Assembly: GCA_964016885.1 (NCBI GenBank)
Contig: OZ024742.1
Coordinates: 331,142,001-331,206,000 of the forward strand
From: Eledone cirrhosa
Taxonomy: Eukaryota
Reading direction: 5' to 3'
Length of the DNA: 64,000 nt
Shown here: positions 15,970 through 29,219 of the stretch, piece by piece
How the letters are laid out: each line of letters opens with the position of its first letter
How positions within the stretch are numbered: position 1 is the stretch's first letter
Made by a program: the position numbers and the translations under genes
The notes under the pieces: generated by a model
Told to the model about the DNA's origin: nothing
Database searches by the model: none
The model's input: the letters and a program-made list of their open reading frames with translations, nothing else

Positions 15970-17951
15970 TTACCTTACTTCTCGTAGGGGAAGGACGGCT
16001 TTTCCATCCTTTTCACTGCTTGTGGCCTCCTCAGGAAGGATGTCCTTATAAATCCTCCTGGAGAGTGCTTGTCGGAAATGTCCGATGTCTTTGGGGAATT
16101 TTTGTTTTAGTGTCATGTACGTTTTCTGTGTGATGCGAGTGATTTGTATGTGTGGAGGTGGTGTGAATTTTGGGGTTGTTGTGTAGTCTTTTTCTGTGAT
16201 GCTGGTGTTGTGTTGGATGTAGTGTAATAATTGCTTGTTGTTCAAATTTAATGCTGTGTAGTGTGTATCGTTTTGGTTGTTTTGTTTTGTTTGCGTTTGT
16301 TGTGGGTTTGTTTCTGTTTCGCATTTTGGTGACATTTGTGGTGTAGGTGATGGTGGTGTTGGGGTTAATGATGGTGATGGTGTTGGTGTTTGGGTTGATG
16401 GGGTTGGTGATGCTGATGTGGATGGTGGCATATCTCTCCTAACTTTTTTGTTTCTTAATTTATTTGTTTCCCTCTGTATTTTGGTTTAGGAGGGGGAATT
16501 AAGAGATTTCTTTTCTTTTTGGTTTCTTTTTTTTTCCGGATATCGTTCCCCACTCCTCGTCGTCACAATCTGTCTCCAGTTGTGATAGGCCGGGGTTGGA
16601 AAATCCTCCACAAGCGTTAGTTTTGGTTGTGGCGTGGTGGATGGTGTAGGCGCTGGTGCTAGTTCTGAAGTGTTGGGTGGTGGCGGTGTTGGTTTTGCTG
16701 GTGGTGGTGGTGGTGTTGGTTTTGCTACTGTTGCTGGGGTTGTTGCTGTTATAGTTGCTTCTGTTGTTGCTGCTACAGTTGTTGCTGCCATCTCTGCTAC
16801 TGGTGGTGTTGATGGTTGTGTCACTGGGGTGGGTAGGAGAGGTGGCCTCAACCTTTTAGCCTGAGGGCGAAAGCCCTTAGGTGGGTTCCTTCACCACAAA
16901 CGACACACCTAGGTCTTCTGCCCTCGACAATTACCGTGAGGTGGCTGCCGTCAGTGAGGTCTATTACCTCTGGGATCTCCTCAATGCTTTTTTGGTCCGC
17001 TTGGATCAGGAGCTCCATCCCAGATCCGGACCAGTTCTCCTGCTTTTCTTTTGCTATTGTTATTATTTTTGTGTTGGCTTCGATGCCGGCGAGGACGGCC
17101 GCTATTGGCCAGGGCATTTCGATGGCCAGTGGAACGTGGGTCACCCTGATCTTTACGAATCTCTGGCCACAATAGCTTGGGACGAGTGTGAAGTCGTCAC
17201 TTCTTAATGGGGCCATGGAGCGTTCTCTAGCCTCCTCTGGTGTTTCAAAGAACACGTCCACGGTTCCATACTTTTGCCCACGTCTGATGTGGGTTTTTCT
17301 TGCCCACACATGTCCCAAAGCTTTTGGGATTTGGGACTCGGATGCCCGTTCCACTCGGCGCGATTTTACATTTATTGTTCGATACGACACGGTGCATAGG
17401 CGCCGATGATCCATTTTATTAGGTGGGGGGTTGACCCTGTACCCATCTTTCTTTACCATTTGTTTGGCATTTTCTAAATCCTCCTGAGTTACCGTAACTG
17501 CTTCGAACTGTTTTGCTACTCTGGCGAAACTGAGGGGGGTTTTTATAATGTCATTGTTGTTGTTGCTATCGTTATTTGTGTTAATATTAATTTTAGTTTC
17601 ACTTGTGGTGGTTGTGAGGTCAGTCGTCTTTGGTGGGGAAGAGTCCATTTTTCTTGATTTCATTTCGACATCACGAGTTAATTTATTTCTTTCTTCTTTT
17701 GTTTCTGTTGTCGCGGTGGTGGTGGGGGTGGTGGTTGTCGCGGTGGTGGTGGTGGTGGAGGCTTTAACACCTGCAGTCATTGGTAATGGCGGGGAATGAA
17801 TGTCTGCCTGAGACAAATTTAAAATATTTCTACTGCTTATATGTTTTGTCGTGTTGGCAAACGTAGTAACATTTACAATGGTGGTGTCGGTGTGAGGTGT
17901 TAATTTGTGAGGAAGGCTTTCAGCTGCTTTGTGCAGAGGTGAATTAGCCAT
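15970..17951 (-). pseudogene. ORF1 (gag-like) of copy A, frameshifted near 16870 and 16490
   Basis: ORFs 16848-17951, 16486-16851 and 15970-16431 lie between the 5' UTR and ORF2. They carry Thr/Pro-rich linkers and a knuckle-like RPRCVVCGEGTHLRAF. Confidence 0.85.
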
Positions 17952-18160
17952 TTTTTTTCAAAGAAATTTTTTGATAATAATAAAGGTTTAAATTTTGGGC
18001 ACAAGGCCCCAATCTTTTTGGGTGTCCCTTTCGGAAAACAATGTATGTGCGCTTATATATGGTTAACAATAAAAATTTTCCATAAATGGCAATTTTTAAC
18101 AAACGGAAATAACAAACCTTTGCGGAGCTCACGATGATACGATTTACTACGTAGGGCGCC

Positions 18161-18196
18161 AATAATAATAATAATAATAATAATAATAATTATAAT
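18161..18196. repeat. (AAT)n spacer between Tx1 copies A and B
   Basis: Directly visible. Confidence 0.95.
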
Positions 18197-21100
18197 GTTT
18201 TCTTTATTAACCACAAGGGCTTACATAAAGTAGACATTAAGGACAGTGCAGGACAATACAGGACGGTACAAATGGGCATTTCTGCGTGTAAAAAACAAAA
18301 ACAGAGGATGTAACAAAAAATAACAATGAAAAATTCCCCAATAGGGGGGAGACTTCGGAGGGACATTTGTGGAGAAAGCCCGGTAAAAGGCCACAGTGAC
18401 CCTGACCACCAAGGCAAGTGCCCTCTCCCAGTTTTCCACCTTTAATTTACAGATACGTACTCAGAGTAGGCCCATTCACTCGGGCCATTATCGCTTTTCT
18501 CACCCATCTTTCAACAAAATGCTGGGAAGAGAGCACTTCCCTCTCTACTCTGATTTTCCTTTTCAAATCAAATTTGAAAAAGTCAATCAGGGCATCACCG
18601 AAGAGGTAAGTGCTCGTCTTCAGCCCTTACAAACGTGTCCACCATACTATCAATTTCGCCATGGCCACCAGACAGATAAAAACTGCCTGCCCTTCGCGGC
18701 TAAAGGAAGAGGGCGGGGCAATCCGCACGATGGACTCAGATGATAGCCGTATCCGTCCTACACGCGACAGCAGGTGTTCGACATAAACCCACAAGTCAGC
18801 TATTTTCGGACATTGGACGAGTGCGTGCAGGACGGTTTCGTCGCGCTGCGCGCATCTCGGACATGCCCAGCTGACGGCACCTCCATGCCTGTAGAGTTTA
18901 TCCTGAACTGGCAAGGCTCCTCGGTAGCACTGCCAGGCCAGGGATTTCTGGAAGTTGTCCATAGGCTCCGGCCCGAAAGTCCTTCCGAAGGGATTGGCTA
19001 GTTGATTTTCGTCGACGCCTAGAGTTTCCCCAAGTACGTCGTCGCTCTTCCCCTCCACTAATCCTCTATAGAACGCCGAGGTGGAGATTCCACCGATCAC
19101 ATTGCCCGATTATTCGAGGGCTGTGAGAGCCTGAAGACATTCCAGTCTCCATGCGCTCGCTCTCGGTCTTCGCTTGACCCAGGACTGCAGCTCCGTCAAG
19201 GAGACGAGCTGGGGAAATACGTGTCTAGCAAACGGCGACCATACCTGATTACCGTCGAGGAAGAGGTGGAGATGTCGTAGCCTAAGCGCGTGTCTGCGCA
19301 TCATCAGCCACGGCATGCCCAGCCCTCCACGTAGCGGGTGTTGACAGCAGATGGACCGCCTGACCATCCGAGCGCGTCCCTTCCACAAAAAGCGAAAGAG
19401 CAAACGCTCCAGCGCAGTAAGGCGGGGCTTAGGACAAGGTACGGCGGTCAGGCGGTAGTAGATGACGGATGCGATGTACGCGTTAGCCACATCCGCTCGA
19501 CCTTTCAGGGATAGCTTCCTCTCGGCCCATTTCTGGGTGAGAAAAGAAACCCTGCACGTCACCTCGTCCCAGTTTCTGTCCGTCTGGAGGTCCGGACCGA
19601 ACCAGTCCCCTAGCAATTTAACCGACCCGTCCGTCCAGCGCCGGGCGACGCTGTCGGACGGCATGGACCTGCCTCTCCAGGTGCCGAGCTGCAGGCGAAC
19701 TGACTTTTCCTCGTTGATCATTGCTCCTGTCACCGCTTCCTATTCTCTTAGTGTAGTGCCGATCGCCTATTTGTGTTTGGCGTTCGACACCACTACGGTG
19801 ACATCGCCGCATATGCTGACACGGATCATCCGCATCCTAGTTCGCGCGGGACGCCCCTCAAGGTCTCCAGTTTGTGCAGTAATGGCTCGAGAGTCAATAC
19901 GTACAAGAAGGGCGAGAGGGGACATCCTTGGCGGACCGAGCGCATGATGTTGAACGGTTCCGAAAGGTGGCGATCCAGCCTCTGAAGACGGGCACAAAGC
20001 CCGCCGCCCTCAGGACTGCCGTTAGGTAACGATGGTCGACCCTATCGAATGCTTTCGACCGATCTAAATTGATCAAGGACCCACTCGTGCCAGGTTCCCT
20101 AGCTACCCTCTCTACGATGTATCGCATGAGGTGGAGGTTGTCATGGATGGATCTGTCGGGAATGGCGCATGTCTGCACCTCTCCCACCAGACCACCAACG
20201 ACAACACCAACCTCTTGGCTAACACCTTGGCCAAAATCTTGAACTCTGTGTTTAGCAGAGTTATGGGCCTGAAATTATCTATATTATCCCCCTTGTTCGG
20301 ATCCTTTCTCAGCAGCGCCACAGGTCCTCGGCTCACAGAGCTGGGAAATCTCCCGTTCTGTTGTCAGTTGCAGTAGACGTCCGCCAAGAGGCTCCGAACA
20401 AGTCGGGCATCTGTACGTAAAGTTCATAGGGCTGACCATACAAACCAGGCGATTTACCCCTTGTGCAGCCTGTCATTGCATCCCGTAATTCAGCGGCTGT
20501 TATCGGCTTTTCGCAACACTCCGCCTTAGTGGCCGAGAGCCGCAGCAGTCCGTCGAGGTAGACACTAAAGTCCATCCCTCGATCCGGCCCACCGCTGCAC
20601 CCGAACAGCTGTGCGAAGTTACGCTGAAAAGCTTCACACATTTGCCCGAGATCGAGTAGCATGTGACCGTCTTGGTCCACCAAAGACCGGATGGTGGCTT
20701 TGTTGCAACGACGCGCCTCCGCCACTCGGGCGCATTGAACGGATTTCGTTTCCTCTTGTCAGAGAGCACGCACCCTAGCTCTGCCAACGCAGCCTTCGTG
20801 CTTTGCATTGAAGAACTGGTCAAGGGCCAATTTCACCGCAAGTACGTCGGTCGCGATGCCTTTGCTAAGCGCCTCGTCTAATGTTCTAACTAATTCTCCC
20901 TCTGCTGTATTTTTCTCTATTGCTAAAACCTAACTAAACCTAATGGACTCTAATCTAATTGCTCTTTTCAGAGCAAACCACCACTTGTTGTTGACGATGG
21001 CCCCCGTCAACGCTCGCTTAACTATTTCGCTCATCCGGTCTCTGTAGGCCTTGCGCGCTGGTAAGGACGCGTTTAGCTTCCAGTAGCCGGATCCTCGTCT

Positions 21101-22537
21101 ATAAAGCCTATCTAAGTCAAGCACACAGATCCCGAATGTGTGGTCCGTGTAGCTGACTATCTTGAATTGTGGACAGCCTATGCTAGACCTATCTATTTCC
21201 CTAGAAAATACTCTATCTAGATATGATCTGGATGACCCGATACGATTTGTCCAAGTCCACATTGGCACATTCGGGAAATCCAATCGGTACCTGTCAGAGA
21301 TTTCAAAACGCCTGAGCAAGTTAGTGAGACTTTTGCACCCTCCTCCCCTATCCACTAATCCCACACAGTCCCAGCGTGCATCTAAGATCCCGTTCCAGTC
21401 GCCCACTAACACTAAAGATCGGGACGTTCCAAGAAAGGTCTCCAGACGCCAGAAGAAATCAGGCCGCCCTGCTCCTGTCGGGGCATAGCCGGCCACTAAC
21501 CTGAAAGCTTGCCCGTCTCCGCTGGTCACGTCCAGCACCACCAACTTACCTTCTGGGTCCAGGAAGATGGCCAGTATGGCAAGATCCAACCCTCTCCGAA
21601 AAAGCACAGCAAATCCACCCCACGATCCCGGACGGCTGGGAGATGCGTACACATCGTAGCCGCCGAAGATCGTTGCAAAGGCCCGTGCTTCGGAGATTCT
21701 GGTCTCGCTGATGGCCACTACATCTATATTTAGTGACCTGAGGTCGTTGAGCAGGTGGCCCTGCTTCCATGACGACCCCAAGCCACGCGCATTTATGCTG
21801 CCTATTCTGAGTGAGGTCATGTTGAAATGGAGTGGAAAAGATGGGAAAGACCACTTACCTTCTTCTCGTATCGTAGTGGAAGGACGGTTTCTCCATCCTT
21901 TTCACTTCTTTTGGCCTCCTCAGGAAGGATGACCTTCTAAATCCTCCTGGAGTATGCTTGTCAGCGATGTCTTTGGGGAATTTTTGTTTTAGTGTCATGT
22001 ACGTTTTCTGTGTGATGCGAGTGATTTGTATGTGTGGAGGTGGTGTGAATTTTGGGGTTGTTGTGTAGTCTTTTTCTGTGATGCTGGTGTTGTGTTGGAT
22101 GTAGTGTAATAATTGCTTGTTGTTCAAATGTAATGCTGTGTAGTGTGTATCGTTTTGGTTGTTTTGTTTTGTTTGCGTTTGTTGTGGGTTTGTTTCTGTT
22201 TCGCATTTTGTTGACTTTTGTGGTGTAGGTGATGGTGGTGTTGGGGTTAATGATGGTGATGGTGTTAGTGTTTGGGTTGATGGGGTTGGTGATGCTGGTG
22301 TGGATGGTGGCATATCTGTCCTAACTTTTTTGTTTGTTAATTTATTTGTTTCCCTCTGTATTTTGTTTTTGGAGGGGGAAGGAAGAGAATTGTTTTTCTT
22401 TTTTGGTTTCTTTTTTTTTCCTGATACCGTTTCCCACTCCTCGTCGTCACAATCTGTCTCCACTTGTGATAGGCCGGGGAGTGGAAAATCCTCCACATGC
22501 GTTAGTTTTGGTTGTGGCCTAGTGGATGGTGTAGGCG
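18197..22537 (-). mobile_element. Tx1-clade copy B, 5'-truncated within ORF1, with several frameshifts and a small RT deletion near 19968
   Basis: Collinear with and highly similar to copy A. ORF2 starts at 21820 (MTSLRIGSINARG). ORF1 C-terminus is 21855-22496. Similarity to A stops after ggatggtgtaggcg. Confidence 0.95.
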
Positions 22538-22544
22538 GATGGTG

Positions 22545-25491
22545 TCACCACTCACTTATGTGGAGTGAAGATGAAAAAACAAAGGAATTCCCACAAGAAA
22601 TATACATGGCAATAGAACATCAATCGCCAAATAAACCTTCTCCGATCTGACATAGAAATTTTAACAAACTATAAAGTAGGTGAACATGTTAAACAAACTA
22701 AACTTAGAAAATTGAAAAAAAAGTACAGTATAAAATCAACAAGTGACATAGACATGCTGATAGAAATAATCAAACAAAAAGTGTCGGCCAAAACTGCTCG
22801 TATAAAGCGCTTTGAAAAACGATCTAGATTCTATAAGGACAATTATATGTCCAAAAACAACCAAAGAAACTTCTACAGACAAATTGGCAAGTCAACAATA
22901 ACTGCTAAATCAATACCACCCAAGGAGGAAGTGCAAGAATTCTGGGAAAAGATCTGGGCCGAAGGAAAAGTTCATAACATACATGCCCCATGGATAGACA
23001 GACAAATGAAAGATACAGCTCACCTTGAGGAACAAATATGGGAAAATATAACAGTTGAACAGTTGCGCTTGGCTCTAAGAAAAACCAGCAAATTGAAATC
23101 CCCAGGAAAAGACAAAATACAAAACGTTTGGATAAATGCCTTCACAGAGTCTCATGAGCTGTTAGCCCAACTTTACAATGAAATAGTTAAGGAGCTAGAA
23201 AAGATACCATCATGGCTAGTTAACGGCATTACATTCCTGCTTCCGAAGAATGATGAGACAAACAATCCCAAAAATTACAGACCGATAACTTGCTTGACCA
23301 CAATGTATAAAATGTTAACATCAGTCCTAACTGAATACACATATGACCACCTGATACCAAATGACCTATTTCCCATTGAGCAGAAAGGGTGTAAACGAGG
23401 CTCATATGGCTGTAAGGATCAGCTTCTGGTTAACAAAATGATACTGGAAGATTGTCATAATAGACACAAAAATCTATCGATTGCCTGGATAGATTATAAA
23501 AAAGCATTCGATAGTTTGCCACACAGTTGGATTGAAAAATGTTTAGCGATTTTCAAAATATCCCCCGTTGTCAGGAGGTTTTTGTCATTCAGTATGAAGA
23601 CATGGAAAACGACACTCCTTTTGAATAGTGAAACAAAATCACTGGAAGCTGGAGAAGATAATATTAATTGTGGAATTTTTCAGGGTGAATCTTTATCACC
23701 GCTTTTATTCTGCATCGCACTTATACCATTAAGTAAAATGCTCAATGAAACAAAACATGAATATAAAGTCTATGACAAAACCATTAATCACTTGTTCTAC
23801 ATGGATGACATGAAACTATTTGCAAAACATGATGAACAATTGCAAGGGCTATTATCCACTGAGGAGCAGTTGAGTGATGACATTAAAATGGAGTTTGGAC
23901 TAGATAAATGCGCCAAAGCAACGTTCACCAGAGGAAAGCTGCTGAAGAGTTCAGACATTAATCTTGATCGGGGGAACGTGATAAGAGAACTTGATCAAGA
24001 AAAAACTTACAAATATCTAGGTGTTTGTGAACGAGACGGAATCAAGCACTCGACAATGAGGGAAAGGATAAGGAAGGAATGTTAACGCAGAGTAAGAGCA
24101 ATCTTAAGAACGGTATTGAATGCAAGGAATAGGATCGATGCCATAAACATGCTTGCCATACCAGTAGTAACCTACAGTTACAATGTCATCAACTGGTCAA
24201 GCACAGAGATCCGTAGGCTCGATACAAAAATTAGAAAATTCTTAACCATGCACAGAATGCATCACCCTAAGGCAGATATAGATAGAATATTTCTCCCTAG
24301 GAAAGAAGGAGCACGTGGGTTAATCCAGTTAGACATTGCGTTGAAAACTGCAACAATTGGATTATCTACATATCTAAGGGAATCACATGATTGGATGATC
24401 AAACTCGTTTTGAAACACGAAAGCATCAAAATATCATATTCCATTACAAAAGATGCACAAAGATACAGTAATGGACTACACATTTCAGAAGTCCCATTTA
24501 CTGCTGAAATGGAAAACACAGAAAAAGCAAAGCAGGTAAAAGTAACTGCAAAGAAATAACTGCTACAGAAACTGGCTAAGAAATGGCAAGAAAAGCCTCT
24601 GTATGGAAAATACCCAGAGCGTGCTAACAATCCTGATGTTGACAAAACTTTAACCCATCAGTGGTTGGTATCCTCTGGACTGAAATCGGAGACTGAAGGA
24701 CTGATTATATCGGCACAAGATCAGTGTCTGCCAACAAAAAATTACCAAGCCAACATAATAAAAAATGGGTGCAGCCCATTATGCCGTGTATGCAAAAAAC
24801 AACCAGAGACCATTGACCATATAATTTCAATGTGCAGTCCTATAGCTCCAACCGAATACCTAAACAGGCATGACAGAGCTGCACAATACATACATTGGAT
24901 AATGTGTAAGCATTTTGACCTGCCCCATCAAAAGAATTGGTGGGAGCATCAACCACCTCCCATACTTGAAAAAGATCACATCTCAATCTTGTGGAACTTT
25001 AGCATCCAAACAGACCAAAAAATAGATGCAAACAGACCTGATATAATATTGAAAGACTTTCAAAATACGGTATGCCTGCTAATTGATATGTCTGTTCCAA
25101 TAGACAAGAATGTATCTATCAAAACATTTGAAAAATTGAGCAAGTATAAGGACCTGGAGATAGAAATTGGAAAAATGTGGAAATTGAGAACTAAAACAAT
25201 ACCAGTGGTTGTAGGCGCTCTGGGAATGATACCTAAGGGGTCTAATGATTACTTATCGCAAATCCCAGGAAACCCGCGTATAGGAGAAATACAAAAGATA
25301 GTACTAATGGGAACTGCCCATATACTAAGGAAGATTATGTCAATATAAGTACATCACAAGTCTAAACACTAAAGATGCATGTGTGAATATGTATGTTCTT
25401 TCTTGAACATGGCGGAGCTTGTTGTCTCTTGTGGTCACTGGTTGTGACTTAGTGATAACTCGTATGAACATAAAGCAAGATAAAAGCAACT

Positions 25492-25492
<1 letters not shown>
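22545..25492 (+). mobile_element. R4/Dong-like RLE non-LTR retrotransposon, 5'-truncated, ending in (TAA)n
   Basis: RT, CCHC and PD..D/K restriction-like endonuclease in one frame; short 3' UTR; TAA tail. Confidence 0.9.
22712..25348 (+). pseudogene. RT-RLE polyprotein, single frame with two in-frame TAA stops (24083, 24557)
   Basis: [81 protein letters not shown]. ORFs starting at 22712, 24116 and 24665 share a frame. Confidence 0.92.

Positions 25493-25523
<31 letters not shown>
25493..25523. repeat. (TAA)n tract shared tail-to-tail by the RLE element and Tx1 copy C
   Basis: Directly visible. Confidence 0.95.
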
Positions 25524-25525
<2 letters not shown>

Positions 25526-25767
25526 TTTATTTATTAACAACAAGGGTTTACATAAAGTAGGCATTAAGGACAGTGCAGGACAATACAGGACGGTACAAAT
25601 GGTCATTTCTACGTGTAAAAAAGACAGAGGATGTAATAAATAAACATAGAAAAATTCCCCAACAGGAGGTAGACTTCCGAGGGACATTTGTGGAGAAAGC
25701 CCATTAAAAGACCACAGTGACCCTGACCACCAGGGCAAGTGCCCTCTCCCAGTTTTCCACCTTTAAT

Positions 25768-28700
25768 TTACAGATATATACTCAGAGTAGGCCCATTCAC
25801 TCGGGCCATTCTTGCTTCTCTCACCCATCTTTCAACAAAATGCTGGGAAGAGAGCACTTCCCCCTCTACTCTGATTTTACTTTTCAAATGAAATTTGAAA
25901 AAGTCAATCAGAGCATCACCGAAGAGGTAAGTGCTCGTCTTCAGCCCTTTCAAACGTGTCCACCATACTATCTCTTTCCCCATGGCCACCAGACAGATAA
26001 AAACTGCCTGCCCTTCCCGGCTAAAGGAGGAGGGCGGGGCAATCCTCACGATGGACTCAGATGATAGCCGGATCCGTCCTAAACGCGACAGCAGGTGTTC
26101 GACATAAACCCACAAGTAAGCAATTTTCGGACACTGGACGAGTGCGTGCAGGACGGTTTCGTCGCCCTGCACGCATCTCGGACATGCCCGGCTGACGGCA
26201 CCTCCATGCCTGTAGATTTTATCCCGAACTGGCAAGGCTCCTCGGTAGCACTGCCAGGCCAGAGATTTCTGGAAGTTGTCCATAGGCCCTGACCCGAAAG
26301 TTCTTCCGAAGAGATTGGCTAGTTGATTTTCATCGACGCCTAGAGTTTCCCCAAGTACGTCGTCGCTCTTCCCCTCCACTAATCCTCTATAGAACGCCGA
26401 GGTGGAGTTTCCACCGATCACATTGCCCGATTGGTCGAGGGCTGTGAGCGCCTGAAGACATTCCAGTCTCCAGGCGCTCCCTCTCGGTCTTCGCTTGACC
26501 CAGGACTGCAGCTCCGTCAAGGAAACGAGCTGGGGAAATACGTGTCTAGCAAACGGCGACCACACCTGATCACCGTCGAGGAAGAGGTGGAGATGTCGTA
26601 GCCTGAGTGCGTGCCTGCGCATCATCAACCACGGCATGCACAGCCCTCCACGTAGCGGGTGTTGACAACAGATGGACCGCCTGACCATCGGAGCGTGTCC
26701 CTTCCACAAAATACGAAAGAGCAAACGCTCCAGCGCAGTCAGGCGAGTCTTAGGACAAGGTACGACGGTCAGGCGGTAGCAGATGATAGACGCGATGCAC
26801 GCGTTAGCCACCTCCGCTCGACCTTTCAGGGATAGCTTCCTCTCCGCCCATTTCTGGGTGAGAGAAGCCACCCTGCTCGTCACCTCGTCCCAGTTTTTGT
26901 ACGTCTGCAGGTCCGGACCAAACCAGACCCCTAGCAATTTAACCGGTCCGTCCGTACAGCGTCCAACGACGCTGTTGGGCGGCATGGACCTGCCTCTCCA
27001 GGTGCCGAGCTGCAGGCCCACTGACTTTTCCTGGTTGATCATTGCTCCTGTCACCGCTTCCTATTCTCTTAGTGTAGTGTCGATCGCCTCGATGTGTTTG
27101 GCGTTCGACACCACTACGGTGACATCGTCCGCATATGCTGACACGGATCTTCCGCATCCTAGTTCGCGCGGGACGCCCCTCAACGTCTCCAGTTTGTGCA
27201 GTAGTGGCTCGAGATTCAACGTACAAGAGGGACGAGAGGGGACACCCTTGGCGGACCGAGCGCATGATGTTGAACGGTTCCGACAGGTGACCGTTCACTC
27301 TCACCACAGAGCAGATGTCGCTGTGCATGGCAGCGATCCAGACTCTGAAGACGGGCCCAAAGCCAGCCGCCCTCAGGACTGCCGCTAGGTAACGATGGTC
27401 GACCCTATCGAAAGATTTCGACTGATCTAAATTGATCAATGAGTCACCCGTGCCAGGTTCCCTAGCTACCCTCTCTACGATGTATCGCATGAGGTGGAGG
27501 TTGTCGTGGATGGATCTGTCGGGAATGGCGCATGTCTGCACCTCTCCCACCAGACCATCAACGAGAAGCGTCAGCCTCTTTGCTAGCACCTTGGCCAAAA
27601 TCTTGAACTCTGTGTTTAGCAGAGTTATGGGCCTGAAATTATCTATGTTATCCCCCTTGTTCGGATCCTTTCTCAGCATTGCCACCGCTTCTCGGCTCAC
27701 AGAACTTGGAATTCTCCCGTTCTGTTGCCAGTTGCAGTAGACGTCCGCCAAGAGGCCTCCGAACAAGTCTGGCATCTGTACGTAAAGTTCATAGGGCAGA
27801 CCATCCAAACCAGGCGATTTACCCCTTGTGCAGCCAGTCATTGCCTCCCTTACTTCAGCGGTTGTTATCGGCTTTTCGCAACACTCCGCCTCAGTGGCCG
27901 AAAGCCGCGGCAGTCCGTCGAGGTAGACACTAAAGTCCATCCCTCGAGCCGGCCCACCGCTGGACCCGAACAGCTGAGCGAAGTGTCGCTGAAAAGCTTC
28001 ACACATTTGCCCGAGATCGAGTAGCATGCGCCCGTCGTGGTCCACCAGAGACCGGATCGTGGCTTTGCTGCCATGACGCGCCTCCGCCACTCGGGCCCAT
28101 TGAACAGCTTTCGTCCCCTCGTGTCTGAGAGCACGCACCCTTGCTCTGACAACGCAGCCTTCGTGCTTTGCATTGAAGAATTTGTCAAGGGCCAATTTCG
28201 CCGCAAGCACGTCGGTCGCAATGCTTTTGCTAAGTGCCTCGTCTAATTTCCTAACTAGTTCTCCCTCTGCTCTATTTTTCTCTATTGCTAAAGCCTTACT
28301 AAACCTAATCGATTCTATTCTAATCGCTCTTTTCATAGCAAACCACCACTTGTTGTTGACGATGGCCCCCGTCAACGCCCGATTAAGTAGTTCGCTAATC
28401 CGGTCTCTGTAGGCCTTGCGCGCTGGTAAGGACCCGTTTAGCTTCCATTAGCCGGGTCCTCGTCTATGAAGCCTATCTAAGTCAAGCACACAGATCACGA
28501 ATTTGTGGTCCGTGTAGCTGACTATCTTGAATTGTGGACAGCCTATGCTAGACCTATCTATTTCCCTACAAATACTCTATCTAGATATGATCTGGATGAC
28601 CCTATCCGATTTGTCCAAGTCCACATTGGCACATTCGGGAAATCCAATCGGTACCTGTCAGACAGTTCAAAACGCCTGAGCAGGTTGGTGAGTCTCTTGC

Positions 28701-29184
28701 ACCCTCCACCTCTATCCACTAATCCCACACAGTCCCAGCGTGCATCTAAGATCCCGTTCCAGTCGCCCACTAACACTAAAGAGTGTGACGTTCCAATAAA
28801 GGTCTCCAGACCCCAGAAGAAATCAGGCCGCGCTGCTCCTGTCGGGGCATAGACGGCCACTAACCTGAAAGCTTGCCCGTCTCCGCTGGTCACGTCCAGC
28901 ACCACCAACTTACCCTCTGGGTCCAGGAAGATGGCCCGTATGGCCAGATCCAAACCTCACCGAAAATGCACAGCAACTCCACCCCCCGATCCAGGACGGC
29001 TGGGAGATGCGTACACATCGTAGCCGCCGAAGATCGGTGCGAAGGCCCGTGCTTCGGAGATTCTGGTCTCGCTGATGGCCACTACATCTATGTTTAGTGA
29101 CCTGAGGTCGTTGAGCAGGTTACCCTTCTTCCATGACGACCCCAAGCCACGCGCATTTATGCTGCCTATTCTGAGTGAGGTCAT
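25768..29184 (-). pseudogene. ORF2 of copy C (APE-RT-CCHC), frameshifted near 28960, 28560 and 27215
   Basis: ORFs 28957-29184, 28558-28953, 26939-28375 and 25768-27054 tile the same protein as copy A. Confidence 0.93.
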
Positions 29185-29219
29185 GTTTAAAATAGAGTGG
29201 GAAAGATGGGAAAGACCAC

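Larger units (their letters stand above)
12273..18160 (-). mobile_element. Tx1-clade non-LTR retrotransposon, copy A, apparently full length (~5.9 kb), flanked by (AAT)n on both sides
   Basis: 5' UTR, ORF1 with Zn knuckle, ORF2 with APE + RT + CCHC, and a 3' UTR shared with copies B and C. Confidence 0.95.
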
